64,000 nt of DNA from Candidatus Omnitrophota bacterium (GCA_043823005.1 JBDRBG010000013.1:25233-89232), one strand, 5' to 3'; shown: positions 14,108 to 23,874, counted from the first letter of the stretch. Translations and numbers: made by a program. Notes: generated by a model from the sequence alone, not told the origin.

Positions 14108-14362
14108 TTGGTTAAAAAGTTGATTTTGCAGGATCTTTTGTCCTGTCGGAGTTTTAATCAAAGCAGCGGTTACTGTACTTCCGGAATCGATTAGTTTACC
14201 GGCAAGGTTTCCTGTAACCGCGATAGTCGTACCCGCGGCGTCCGCTATTTTTCCGACAGAAGACGCGATCGCGCCCGTAGTTTTAAGCGCGTGTTTTGGA
14301 ATGTCCAGGATAGCGCAGCCGGACAGGAAAGAACAAAGAATGGAAAAGACTAAAAAACGCAT
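14105..14362 (-). CDS. Small predicted lipoprotein
   Basis: Probable start MRFLVFSILCSFLSGC (lipobox LSGC) at ATG 14362; Ala/Thr/Gly-rich helices. Confidence 0.7.
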   Translation of the reverse strand: MRFLVFSILCSFLSGCAILDIPKHALKTTGAIASSVGKIADAAGTTIAVTGNLAGKLIDSGSTVTAALIKTPTGQKILQNQLFNQ

Positions 14363-14504
14363 AACATTAAGTATACCGAAAAAAACAGACCAAAACAAAC
14401 GATAGACTACTATTAAAGAATAAAATTATTGTTTGTAACCTTGAAAAAGACAGGGTTACATGATAAGCTTTTGCCTGTGCAGACGCGCAAAAAAGGAGGG
14501 ATAA

Positions 14505-15548
14505 ATGAAAATAGGTATAATGGCTGCTTGGAATACAACAAGCGGTGTGGCCATGCACGCGGAGCCCATTGGCAAAGCCCTTAGGGCAATGGGACATAAA
14601 GTTACGGTGTTTTCTTTTGACAGGAACGACCATCACGGAGAAGGGATAACAGCGCACGATGAAAACTATGTTATACGGTGTTTTGGTACAAGAACGCACA
14701 CCAATCTATTAGATCCCCGGCCGTTTATTAACGCGGATTTTGATGTGCTGATGGTAGAAGACCTGGGAATGCTTCCTGTCGACAAACTGGCGAATATATT
14801 CCCTATTTTAAAAAAGAAAGCAAAAATAATTCATGTTGTTCACGAAAATAGACTTACCGAACATTCCTGGTTTTACAAACTGGATTGGGATAAAGTGGTT
14901 TATTTTGACCATCGCCAGGATTTTTTAAAAAAAGTCTATCCGGATGCTGTATATATTCCGTTCCCGTGTTTTCCTCTGCGAAGAGGAAACAAAGAAGCCG
15001 CGAGAAAAAAGCTAAAACTTCCTCTGGACAAAAAAATAATCTGTTCTTTTGAGCACAGAGGATATCATTCTTATTATAGGGATCTTCCTCCTGAGCTCAA
15101 GAAAAAAGCAGTATTATTGTATCTTATTACGCCTGATTATGAAATGCTGGAAGCTTTGACCCCGACCAGCTGGAGGATTATAAAAAAGAAAGCAACGTTA
15201 TCAACAAAAGAACTGGACAGTTATTTGTTTGCGTCGGATGTTATGATTCTTCATAAATTTCAGAGCCGGTTTCACGCAGTGGTATCTTCAACTGTTTTCC
15301 AGGCGCTGGGCACAGGTTGTCCTATTTTCGTTCCGCAACAATCCGATTTTTTCCATAGTTGGAAAGATGAAGTTGTTCATTACAGGGACAGTACGGCGCT
15401 TAATAAAAAACTGGAAGAATTACTTAAAGATGAAAACAAAAGAAAACGGCTAACATACGCGGCAGACAAATATGTTGTGGAACATTCACCCGAAAAAATA
15501 GCAAAACAATTTGTGGATTTATTCGAAAGCATATTAAAGAAGAAATAA
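14505..15548 (+). CDS. GT-B fold glycosyltransferase (GT4-like)
   Basis: MKIGIMAAWNTTSGVAMHA...LRAMGHKVTVF N-terminus; ASDVMIL...SSTVFQALGTGCPIFV; C-terminal SPEKIAKQFVDLF. Confidence 0.75.
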   Translation: MKIGIMAAWNTTSGVAMHAEPIGKALRAMGHKVTVFSFDRNDHHGEGITAHDENYVIRCFGTRTHTNLLDPRPFINADFDVLMVEDLGMLPVDKLANIFPILKKKAKIIHVVHENRLTEHSWFYKLDWDKVVYFDHRQDFLKKVYPDAVYIPFPCFPLRRGNKEAARKKLKLPLDKKIICSFEHRGYHSYYRDLPPELKKKAVLLYLITPDYEMLEALTPTSWRIIKKKATLSTKELDSYLFASDVMILHKFQSRFHAVVSSTVFQALGTGCPIFVPQQSDFFHSWKDEVVHYRDSTALNKKLEELLKDENKRKRLTYAADKYVVEHSPEKIAKQFVDLFESILKKK

Positions 15549-15673
15549 AACACAAAAGAACCGGTTAGTTGACAGGAGAGCCTTTTTTGCCTTTGAGAGC
15601 GACCCCCGGGAGAGCGGTCCTCCTGAGGCGGATCCGCCTTTGGCGGACAAGCTCATAAAGAAGGGGAAAAAAA

Positions 15674-16312
15674 ATGAGCGGACTTATAGCTAAAGAATTA
15701 AAAAAGCATATCCCGTTTACTGCGTTCGGAGCGCTGACAGGAATAGTTTTGATGGCGATTTTTTATAATCTTTCATATAGTGTCGCGTACAAGGCGTTTT
15801 ATTTTCTTCATCCACTGCATGTTGTTTTAAGCGCGATGGTTACAGCGGCTATGTATAAAAACTATAAATGCGCGAATGATAAAAAAAAACGTAATATTGT
15901 AACTTTACTGATTGTCGGTTTTGTCGGGTCTATCGGGATAGCAACTCTTAGTGACTCTATTCTTCCGTATCTGGGAGAAAGACTGTTAAACATGGAACAT
16001 GCGGAGCCTCATGTGGGGTTTATTGAAAAATGGAACATAATATTTCCGTTAGCCGGGTTAGGAATAGCCATAGCCTATATATATCCAAAAACACAGTTTC
16101 CTCACGCGGGACATGTTCTTATAAGTACATGGGCATCTCTTTTTCATATACTGATGGCTAACACGAGACCTTTAAGTTTTTTTGTTTCTTTAGGAATATT
16201 TTTGTTTTTGTTTCTTGCGGTATGGGTTCCGTGCTGTATAAGTGATATTGTTTTTCCCCTTCTTTTTGTGGGGAACAAAGAAACGACAAAAGCAAAGGGA
16301 ACAGATCTTTAA
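15674..16312 (+). CDS. Multi-pass membrane protein, His-rich, function unknown
   Basis: About six hydrophobic segments; HPLHV, PHAGHV and VPCCISD motifs. Confidence 0.8.
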   Translation: MSGLIAKELKKHIPFTAFGALTGIVLMAIFYNLSYSVAYKAFYFLHPLHVVLSAMVTAAMYKNYKCANDKKKRNIVTLLIVGFVGSIGIATLSDSILPYLGERLLNMEHAEPHVGFIEKWNIIFPLAGLGIAIAYIYPKTQFPHAGHVLISTWASLFHILMANTRPLSFFVSLGIFLFLFLAVWVPCCISDIVFPLLFVGNKETTKAKGTDL

Positions 16313-16333
16313 TCCCTTACAGAATGTTATACT

Positions 16334-16729
16334 ATGAAAGAAGAACGAAAAAATCCTCGTTATAAAGCGGCATATTTTCTGGAAATGGAAACCGGAAAGA
16401 AGAACATCGCGCTTGAGCTTATAGATTTAAGCAAATGCGGGATATCGTTTTTATCTCCCCAAAAACTCCGAAAAGGAACAAATCTCAGGGTAAGGATCTT
16501 TTTTAAAACAAAAAAGGTCAGTTTAGACGCGAAAGTGATAACCGCGGAAACTTCTGATAAAAACAAAACTCTTATAGGAGCAGAACTGCTTAGTGTCCCG
16601 GAAGAATTCAAAACCATTCTTGATAAAGAAATAGACGAAATCCAGAAACTTCAGATAAAACTAAACGTTCGAAGACAAGACCCAGTTTCTTTTAAACAAG
16701 CTTCCGCAGAATATTTAAATAATGAATAG
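16334..16729 (+). CDS. PilZ-domain (c-di-GMP receptor) protein
   Basis: ERKNPRY (RxxxR) and DLSKCG (DxSxxG) motifs. Confidence 0.85.
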   Translation: MKEERKNPRYKAAYFLEMETGKKNIALELIDLSKCGISFLSPQKLRKGTNLRVRIFFKTKKVSLDAKVITAETSDKNKTLIGAELLSVPEEFKTILDKEIDEIQKLQIKLNVRRQDPVSFKQASAEYLNNE

Positions 16730-17009
16730 TGTTTGGTGAACAGTGAATGGTGTCTTGTCCTGACATAGCTTGGAGGAGGAATGCAAAATAGCGGTTGGTG
16801 AATAGGAAAAAGGGAAAACATCCCATCCGTCTTTGCGAGGCACGAGGCAAACGAGTGCCGCGGCAATCTCGAAAGAAACAGACATAAACACTCAATCTTT
16901 AAGCCCTTAAGATTTTCGGACAGCTCTTGCCGTAGATTAAATAGGGATGTACACTTGGGAAAATGAATTTGTAAAGTAAAAGCTATTCAATAAACACAAA
17001 AAGGGGGCC

Positions 17010-17606
17010 ATGATGAATAAAATATTTGCGGGTTTAATGGTATTAATTTTTATTTTTTCGATTTTACCGGATATTTCATACGCTCAGTCAGATTCAGGGG
17101 TACAACAGATAAAACAGGAGATAGAAAACCATAAAGCCGCTATACACAGGTTGAGAAACAAAATCGCCGAGATAAAAGGCGCTCCGCCTATTAGGGAATA
17201 CCAGGGGTCAGATGAAGGCGAATCTTACGCGGAAGAATATTACGATGAATCTGGTGATGAATATGCGGGCGACGAAAACACAACAACAGGAGAAGGATAT
17301 GAAGGCCGTCGTATGGGAGAACATAAAGTTCCCCCTCCTGGAATGAGAAAATATAAAGGCGCGGTTTCTCTGGACTTAAAACATAAACAGGGTATGCGGG
17401 ATAAAAAACTTATGTCAGGGGAAAGAAAAGGTTCTGTTGAAGTCCAGGGAAAAAGAGGAGGCCGTCCGGGAGGCCCCAAAGGGAAAGGCCCGGCTGGGAA
17501 GGGAAAAGGTTCTGGTGGATTTAAAGCTAAGCGGCTTGTAGGAAAACCAGGCGGTGGCGGAAATCGTCCGGTTGGCGGCGGCAGTTCCAGAGGCGGGCGA
17601 AGGTAA
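17010..17606 (+). CDS. Exported low-complexity protein
   Basis: Signal peptide ending ISYA, short coiled coil, acidic Glu/Tyr tract, Gly/Lys/Arg-rich tail. Confidence 0.8.
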   Translation: MMNKIFAGLMVLIFIFSILPDISYAQSDSGVQQIKQEIENHKAAIHRLRNKIAEIKGAPPIREYQGSDEGESYAEEYYDESGDEYAGDENTTTGEGYEGRRMGEHKVPPPGMRKYKGAVSLDLKHKQGMRDKKLMSGERKGSVEVQGKRGGRPGGPKGKGPAGKGKGSGGFKAKRLVGKPGGGGNRPVGGGSSRGGRR

Positions 17607-17633
17607 AACGATTTATACAAGATATTAAGATAG

Positions 17634-17680
17634 CAAAAAAGAGGCTCTTGGAAAATTTATTTTTCAGAGTCTCTTTTTTT
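17634..17680 (+). terminator. Probable intrinsic terminator
   Basis: AAAAAAGAGGCTCT...AGAGTCTCTTTTTTT hairpin. Confidence 0.6.
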
Positions 17681-18030
17681 GTCTGCGCTAGACAGAAACA
17701 AAAAAAGAACGCGGCAAATAATTAACAATACAAAAGTTATTTTTAATGATTGATAAAAAACGAGATTTTTGGAAAATAAAGGTAGCTTTGATTAAGTTAA
17801 CCAAGAGTTTTGAATAAATTTAGTGATACATCCTAGAGAGGAATACATCAAAGACGTTCTTCACAGTTTTTCATTCCACGCATTTTCAGAACGAACATTT
17901 ATATATCACAAAAATAACACGATCTAGACATGCAGTTTGTTTTTTTAACAGCTTTATTGCTTCCAGGGACAACAACTACGAAGAAGCTATTTTGCAGGAT
18001 TCGTTAAATAATTACTTTTAAGGAGGCAAT

Positions 18031-21000
18031 GTGTTTAAAAAAGTATTGGTTCTGGTGGTAAGTTTTTTATTAATCAGTCAAAACATTCCGTGTTTTTCTT
18101 CTCCCATTTCGGCTCACTCTCAGCAAAACGTACAAATAACGACATTGTTTAATTTAGCTGATCAGGAAGACGCCTATACGGTGGCTTTAGCAAAATATTT
18201 TTTTGTTTTTTTAGATAAATTAGATACAACATTACAGGGAGCCGATTTTAAGAATGTTGAAAAATTAATTAAGGCGCGGGTCGAACAATTCCAAGACGGA
18301 GCAAAAACCCTCATTAAACACGAGAGAGAGACAAAAAAAGGAATTGTTGAAAAAAATTTGCCAATGATTAAGGTTGATGAAAGCGCAGGCGAACTGTTAG
18401 TTATTATGTCTGATTATATCGTTAGGTATTATAACCCAAAAACATCTAAGAAAGATCAAATTTTAGGAGAAGAGACATTCAAAGAATATTCTTATAAGGT
18501 TAGCGAAGAAGACGATATTAATGGTCGATTGAGAAAACAAATACTCCAAAGAGGGAAAGAACCAGTTTTGGTAAAGTTGCTAATGGAAATGCAAGACAAA
18601 AAAGAGCGGGATGTAACAATAGACGAAATAGCTCAGTTATTGTTATCCCGCAACGAACAAGAATATGTTCTAAGCCTGATGCTTTATATCTTAAATGCTA
18701 TAGAAGAAGTAGGCGAAGATTTTGTGGATGATAAGGTAAATAGGATTTATGAGCAGGCAGACAATATAATAAAGACTGTGGAAAAAAAACTTTTAGATAC
18801 AAAAGATATCAAAAAAAAGATAAAAAACGAATCGAATATAAGAGAAATGTACAGGCATAATTATCCGTTTATTCGCAGGAAAGCCGATGTGGATGGAAAC
18901 TTAAATGAAATAGTGATACATGTTGGAGAGTATGCTTTGCGGTATTATAATGGACAGACAGCGTACGCGAAATATGAGCTTGAAGATCCTGAAGATTCGA
19001 AAAACGCGGAACCGGTCTTTTATTCAGCTGTACAAGAAGGTCCAGTTGATGGGGCTCTACGGGTGCAATTGTTGAAAGTCGAAGACGACGCTGATGCTTC
19101 TCCGGCAGAAACTCCAATAATCTCTGCGGTAAACGCGAGAAACGAACAAAACAAAAGTAATTATCCTTCAGATATAAAACGAGAAGATCCGTATCTGTTT
19201 TTCAGGTTAAGAGAGTTAAGAATGCCTATATATTCGCAGAAAGATGATACTTATTATGTCTGGGATAACGACAGCGTGGAAAAAGTAGTCAAGATGCGGC
19301 ATGATATGGGCGATAACGACGAGAAACTGCCCCCAGTTATTCAGATTGATGAAATGGGTAATGTGAAAGATAGAGTAAAAGAAGAGACTCCGTTATATGA
19401 TATTAATTTCAGAGCAGACCGGCAAAAACAATGGGTCGGGGTAATCCTGGAGAAATCTTTGACCCCGTTTAAGGTAGCGTATCAAATACTTAAAGCAGTT
19501 CTTGTTGTGACCACACAATATTTGCCGATAGTGAACAGCGAAAACGTAATTTTGGAAAAAACAAAAGTGGAAAACGGACTTGTCGAAGTCCTGACCAGAG
19601 AAGGTATTTATGTCAAATATGTATTTGACGCTGAAAAAGGAAAATTTATTCCCGCGTTTAGAGGCGGGCAGGAAGAGCCTTTTGATAAGGAACTGGAAGA
19701 CCTGGAATTTGGATCGATTTCAATGCCTGTTTTAATGACAGAAGAACAATGCAACAAACACGATCCTGCTGTAAAAATGAGGTTAAAAGATAAATATATC
19801 GGCTGGTTTTATGGCGATGTTCCAAAAGGATTAAAGCAGATACCGAATAAAGAATACAGAAAATATCCCGGATTAAGTATGTTTGTTTTAGCCAGAGCAA
19901 CCGCGACAAAAATAAGAGAAGCCAAAGAAGGTACGTTTGGTCTTACTAATCTTGACGGCCCGGATTTAATAGGCCATGTCGCAGGAAAAGACGTCGAGAA
20001 AATAACAGATCTTTTTGTTGAAACCGAAGAAGGCAAATTTGAATTAAAACAAGGGAACGGTTGGGATTGTGTTCTGGAGTGTCTTAAAATAGCTGACGCC
20101 GGACTTAATCTTATGATGAAAGAAGTAGAGGATAAAGAAGGAGTTTTTATTCTTGTTGGAGACCATGGGTCTGTGGATGATATGCGTTTTCCAAATCATT
20201 CGGCTAATGATGTTCCGATATTTATAATAGATTATGAGAATGAAGATATAAAACTTGTAAAATCTACAGGGAGTCAAAAGGATACGCAAGCAGATGTAGC
20301 TGTAACGATCCTTCATGTTTTAGGTATTGATAAACCGACGGAAATGACAGGAAAAAGTCTTTTGCCGGAAGATTATAAAGGAAGAAAAGACAGGATAGTA
20401 TGGCAGGTTATCTTAGACGGGTTCGGGCATACAGACCTTGATCCAGAGCAAAACGCTTTTCTCCGGGCAAGGGAAAAAGGCATAACGCCTACGATCAAAA
20501 AATTATATGACATGAAAAATTATGTGCTTCTTAAAGCCGCGGGGATGTATGCCGGACTGCGCGGGGGATGGGTGGAAGAAATATATGAAATGAATCAACA
20601 AGCAAAAAAAGAAGGAGGGGTTCAGTATGACCCTCTGAAAAGAAAAGCAATGATAACTCAACTGGAAAGCACACAAGACAATTATTGGAAAAAAATAAAA
20701 ATAGTGAATTATGATTATCGGGATATTCCGCAGGCACAGCTGTTGTGTTCTTATGAAAACGGGTTGGACATTCTTAAAAGGTCCAGTTTACTGCAGGATA
20801 AGATGTTTCTGGTTAATTATGACCAGGAGCACTTTATGACAAAAGATATTCCGGACAGAACCGTCGAGGTAGTTTGTCTTGATCTCAGACAAATAGGGTC
20901 AACTGAATATAATACATGGACGCTTGGTGCCGGACGTATAGTTGAACAATCTATAAGGCGTATAGATAAAAGATGGCTTAATGGCACAATGCTTAAGAGT

Positions 21001-22224
21001 AAAGCTCTCCAAAATTTCACAAAACACGCAAAACAAGAAGGCTATGCTCATATAGTCGGCATATTGCAGGAAGCAGGCGTACATGCGTCCGCAAGACAGT
21101 TATATTGGTTAATAGAACATTTAAAAAGGAACGGGGTGAATAGATTTGTATTAGATCTGGCGACTGACGGTAGAGATGAAGGGGGCAGGGACTCTTTGAT
21201 CAGGATAAAAGAACTTAGAGCCGCTTTAAAATTTTATGGCATACAGGATAAAGATTATGTCTTAAATTTGCGGGGCAGGGAGATCTGTTTTGACAGGGCA
21301 AAGAACTGGAACTTAACAGAAGCATGGATAAATGAACTTGTCTGGGGAAGTAGAATAGATAAAAGCATCGGCGCCGGATATATAACGAAAGAACTGATTT
21401 TAAATAGCTATGAAAAGGGGAAAGAACTCTGGGAAAAAATGATTGAAAAACGCTGGTTAGTAAAGGTTAATGACGAAGAAGCTAAAATACAGGACAAGGA
21501 ATGGAGGGAGGACGGAGATTTCGGAGGAGGACTTGATGAATACAAAAACTCTATAGAAGGTATTTTAAAACAGTCCAGATTCAAAAAACTGCTGGATAAC
21601 GAAGGGATCGTTGCGAATATCCTGCGTAATGCTTTCAGCGCATTGAACGAGAACCAAGAAAAACAAATATTGGCTTTTGATCTGGAGCTTGGGAATAAAA
21701 AAGCAGGCAGGTTGATAAAACAGCTTGTACAAGCTATTGAAGAAATGAAACAAGACAATATATTAAATAAGATCCTGAAAAACATAGAGATAATCAAAGT
21801 CAATGGAGCGGAGTTAGGTAACAGACTGGATATTTTGACTAAGAGCGAAACGGGCATAAAAAAAGAGAACATTATCATTATAGCGAAAAAGACAAATAAA
21901 AACTATTTTACGGGATATGATAGCGTCTCGACAATAGCGTATATAGATGATTCGGAACTATCGAAAGAAGACCTTCTTCCATTACCCGAAATAACGCTTT
22001 TTGCAATAGCAAAGCATCTGGGGTGGAGTGCGGATAAATTAGAGCATCTATATGCGTGCATTTTAAATGCAGAAAGTGTTAACAGCTTAGCTGAATTTAC
22101 TGAAAAATTCGGAAAAGACAAAACTTCCTTTATTGTAAAGATTATCCCTAAAGCCGTTAGGTTTGATATGCAGGAATTAAAGGAAGTTGTAGATCAAATG
22201 GTCAGGATATTAAAATACGCTTAA
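18031..22224 (+). CDS. 1397-aa exported protein with a circularly permuted iPGM (GpmI-like) domain and a conserved C-terminal domain
   Basis: GTG start with AAGGAGG RBS; signal peptide; NFRADR, DLIGH, GDHG and EMTGKSL precede VILDGFG, GAGRIV, GVH and DGRD. Confidence 0.9.
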   Translation: MFKKVLVLVVSFLLISQNIPCFSSPISAHSQQNVQITTLFNLADQEDAYTVALAKYFFVFLDKLDTTLQGADFKNVEKLIKARVEQFQDGAKTLIKHERETKKGIVEKNLPMIKVDESAGELLVIMSDYIVRYYNPKTSKKDQILGEETFKEYSYKVSEEDDINGRLRKQILQRGKEPVLVKLLMEMQDKKERDVTIDEIAQLLLSRNEQEYVLSLMLYILNAIEEVGEDFVDDKVNRIYEQADNIIKTVEKKLLDTKDIKKKIKNESNIREMYRHNYPFIRRKADVDGNLNEIVIHVGEYALRYYNGQTAYAKYELEDPEDSKNAEPVFYSAVQEGPVDGALRVQLLKVEDDADASPAETPIISAVNARNEQNKSNYPSDIKREDPYLFFRLRELRMPIYSQKDDTYYVWDNDSVEKVVKMRHDMGDNDEKLPPVIQIDEMGNVKDRVKEETPLYDINFRADRQKQWVGVILEKSLTPFKVAYQILKAVLVVTTQYLPIVNSENVILEKTKVENGLVEVLTREGIYVKYVFDAEKGKFIPAFRGGQEEPFDKELEDLEFGSISMPVLMTEEQCNKHDPAVKMRLKDKYIGWFYGDVPKGLKQIPNKEYRKYPGLSMFVLARATATKIREAKEGTFGLTNLDGPDLIGHVAGKDVEKITDLFVETEEGKFELKQGNGWDCVLECLKIADAGLNLMMKEVEDKEGVFILVGDHGSVDDMRFPNHSANDVPIFIIDYENEDIKLVKSTGSQKDTQADVAVTILHVLGIDKPTEMTGKSLLPEDYKGRKDRIVWQVILDGFGHTDLDPEQNAFLRAREKGITPTIKKLYDMKNYVLLKAAGMYAGLRGGWVEEIYEMNQQAKKEGGVQYDPLKRKAMITQLESTQDNYWKKIKIVNYDYRDIPQAQLLCSYENGLDILKRSSLLQDKMFLVNYDQEHFMTKDIPDRTVEVVCLDLRQIGSTEYNTWTLGAGRIVEQSIRRIDKRWLNGTMLKSKALQNFTKHAKQEGYAHIVGILQEAGVHASARQLYWLIEHLKRNGVNRFVLDLATDGRDEGGRDSLIRIKELRAALKFYGIQDKDYVLNLRGREICFDRAKNWNLTEAWINELVWGSRIDKSIGAGYITKELILNSYEKGKELWEKMIEKRWLVKVNDEEAKIQDKEWREDGDFGGGLDEYKNSIEGILKQSRFKKLLDNEGIVANILRNAFSALNENQEKQILAFDLELGNKKAGRLIKQLVQAIEEMKQDNILNKILKNIEIIKVNGAELGNRLDILTKSETGIKKENIIIIAKKTNKNYFTGYDSVSTIAYIDDSELSKEDLLPLPEITLFAIAKHLGWSADKLEHLYACILNAESVNSLAEFTEKFGKDKTSFIVKIIPKAVRFDMQELKEVVDQMVRILKYA

Positions 22225-22321
22225 AAAATTAGAGGGAAAGTCATTTTTATTGACTTCATGATAAATGTGTGATAATTTATTGACCACGTAAAACACTATA
22301 TAGAAATACTATAAATAACGT

Positions 22322-22397
22322 GCCACGGTAGCTCAGTCGGTAGAGCAGGGGACTGAAAATCCCTGTGTCGGCGGTTCAATTCCGTCCCGTGGCACCA
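22322..22397 (+). tRNA. tRNA-Phe(GAA)
   Basis: GCCACGG/CCGTGGC acceptor stem, GGGGA-CTGAAAA-TCCCT anticodon arm, CCA; followed by a terminator hairpin at about 22398-22435. Confidence 0.97.
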
Positions 22398-22874
22398 TTA
22401 AAAAAGGCTTTCTTAGGAAAGCCTTTTTTAATGGTTAGTGTTATTTGCTGAGACATAAAAGTCTACTCGGAGCAAATAACACATGCTTTTGTCCGCATTA
22501 TTCACCTGTATCGTTCTAAAAAAGTTGACACTTTTTCTGTCGGAGCCGTCTCCTGACGGCGAACCTAATTCGTCTTTGCGAGGAGGAGCGTAGTGACGAC
22601 GCGGCAATCTCTTGTTTTTCAGGACAAGACACCATTTACCAAAGTTGGCTTAATTGTTCGTCTACAATGCAGAATGTAGGAAGAAAAAGGCTTCTTGCTA
22701 GAAGCTTTTTGTGGGATAGTGTTATTTTCTGCTTTACAAGTATGGATTTAGTATGCATTTAGGACTACAAATAAGAGCAAGTATGTAGTATAATAATGCC
22801 GCAAATGACCGGAGATGCTGCGTACAGGTTGTAACAAAAAACAAGTTAAAGAAAATTTGATATAAGGAGGGGAC

Positions 22875-23243
22875 ATGGCAAAAAAACGTATTCTGGTTAT
22901 TGATGATGAAAAAGGTTTTACAGAGCTTGTAGAAGAGGTTCTTTTGGATGCTGGTAAATATGAGGTTAGAATAGTTAATAGCGCTCATCATGCAGTGGCT
23001 GCTGCAAAGGAGTTCTTTCCGCAGTTAATCCTGCTGGATCTTATGATGCCGGAAATGGACGGAGCAGATGTGGCTGAAAAGATTAAGAAAGATGAGAGCA
23101 TTAAAGATATTCCAATTGTCTTTTTAACTGCTATGGTAACTTCAGAAGAAACAGAGATTGGAACCATAGGCGGGCATAAGTTCTTGGCAAAGCCTGTGGG
23201 GATCAGAGAATTGATGAGCTGTGTTGAGCAAAATATACGATAG
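22875..23243 (+). CDS. Single-domain response regulator (receiver)
   Basis: ILVIDDE, LLDLMMPEMDG, FLTA and AKP motifs. Confidence 0.93.
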   Translation: MAKKRILVIDDEKGFTELVEEVLLDAGKYEVRIVNSAHHAVAAAKEFFPQLILLDLMMPEMDGADVAEKIKKDESIKDIPIVFLTAMVTSEETEIGTIGGHKFLAKPVGIRELMSCVEQNIR

Positions 23244-23445
23244 TTTTCCACTAAAATAACATAAGTTCTTTTCTTTTATAGAGAAGTATCTTAAGACTTA
23301 CCTTTTAGCCTCCTAAAAAATAACGCAAAATTAACACTTTAGCAACTGAAAATTAACCCTTTAATGGTATATTTAAGGCATAAAAAAGGGAGAGATGTTT
23401 CTCGTAAATAGTGCCTTGGGAATACAGACAACAAGGAGGGATTTC

Positions 23446-23832
23446 ATGGCAAAGGCTAAGATAAAAAAAATACTAATTGTTGATGATGAAAAAGATTTCA
23501 CGGAATTAGTAAAAACAGTTTTGGAAGAAACCGGCAAGTATATAGTGGAAACAGTGAATCATGGACAGCTTGCTCTTAGTGCGGCAAAAAATTTTAAACC
23601 GCATTTGATTTTGTTAGATCTTATGCTTCCGGATCTTGAGGGAGCTGTTGTTGCTGAACAATTAGGGGACGAAGGAAGCGGAGTCCAGGCAACGCCTGTT
23701 ATTTTTTTGACTGGGATGATAACTGTGGATGAAGAAAAAGAACGTGAGGGGAGTATCGGGGGGCGCAAGTTTTTAGCTAAGCCCGTAGGAATCAGGGAGC
23801 TTATAGAGTGTGTTGAACAAAATGTTTTGTAG
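23446..23832 (+). CDS. Single-domain response regulator (receiver), paralog of the upstream gene
   Basis: ILIVDDE, LLDLMLP, FLTG, AKP. Start at ATG 23446 after a GGAGG RBS. Confidence 0.92.
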   Translation: MAKAKIKKILIVDDEKDFTELVKTVLEETGKYIVETVNHGQLALSAAKNFKPHLILLDLMLPDLEGAVVAEQLGDEGSGVQATPVIFLTGMITVDEEKEREGSIGGRKFLAKPVGIRELIECVEQNVL

Positions 23833-23874
23833 GTAAATAGGGACGTCACCCGCCAGGGAGACGTCCCTATTTAC
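23833..23874. repeat. 42-bp palindromic repeat (GGGACGTC family), copy 1
   Basis: GTAAATAGGGACGTCACCCGCCAGGGAGACGTCCCTATTTAC; identical copy at 24336-24377, partial copy at about 26088-26119. Confidence 0.92.

Noticed and set aside
17690-18030. Riboswitch or ncRNA in the AT-rich leader of the 1397-aa gene
   Set aside because: No recognisable conserved motif or strong structure by eye; an Rfam search would be needed.
20569-20889. Insertion in the iPGM domain as an intein
   Set aside because: It does not begin with Cys/Ser, lacks a His-Asn end, and shows no splicing or LAGLIDADG motifs.
18031-22224. Annotating the 1397-aa ORF as gpmI
   Set aside because: Permuted order, signal peptide, large extra domains and an altered nucleophile motif; housekeeping role unsupported.
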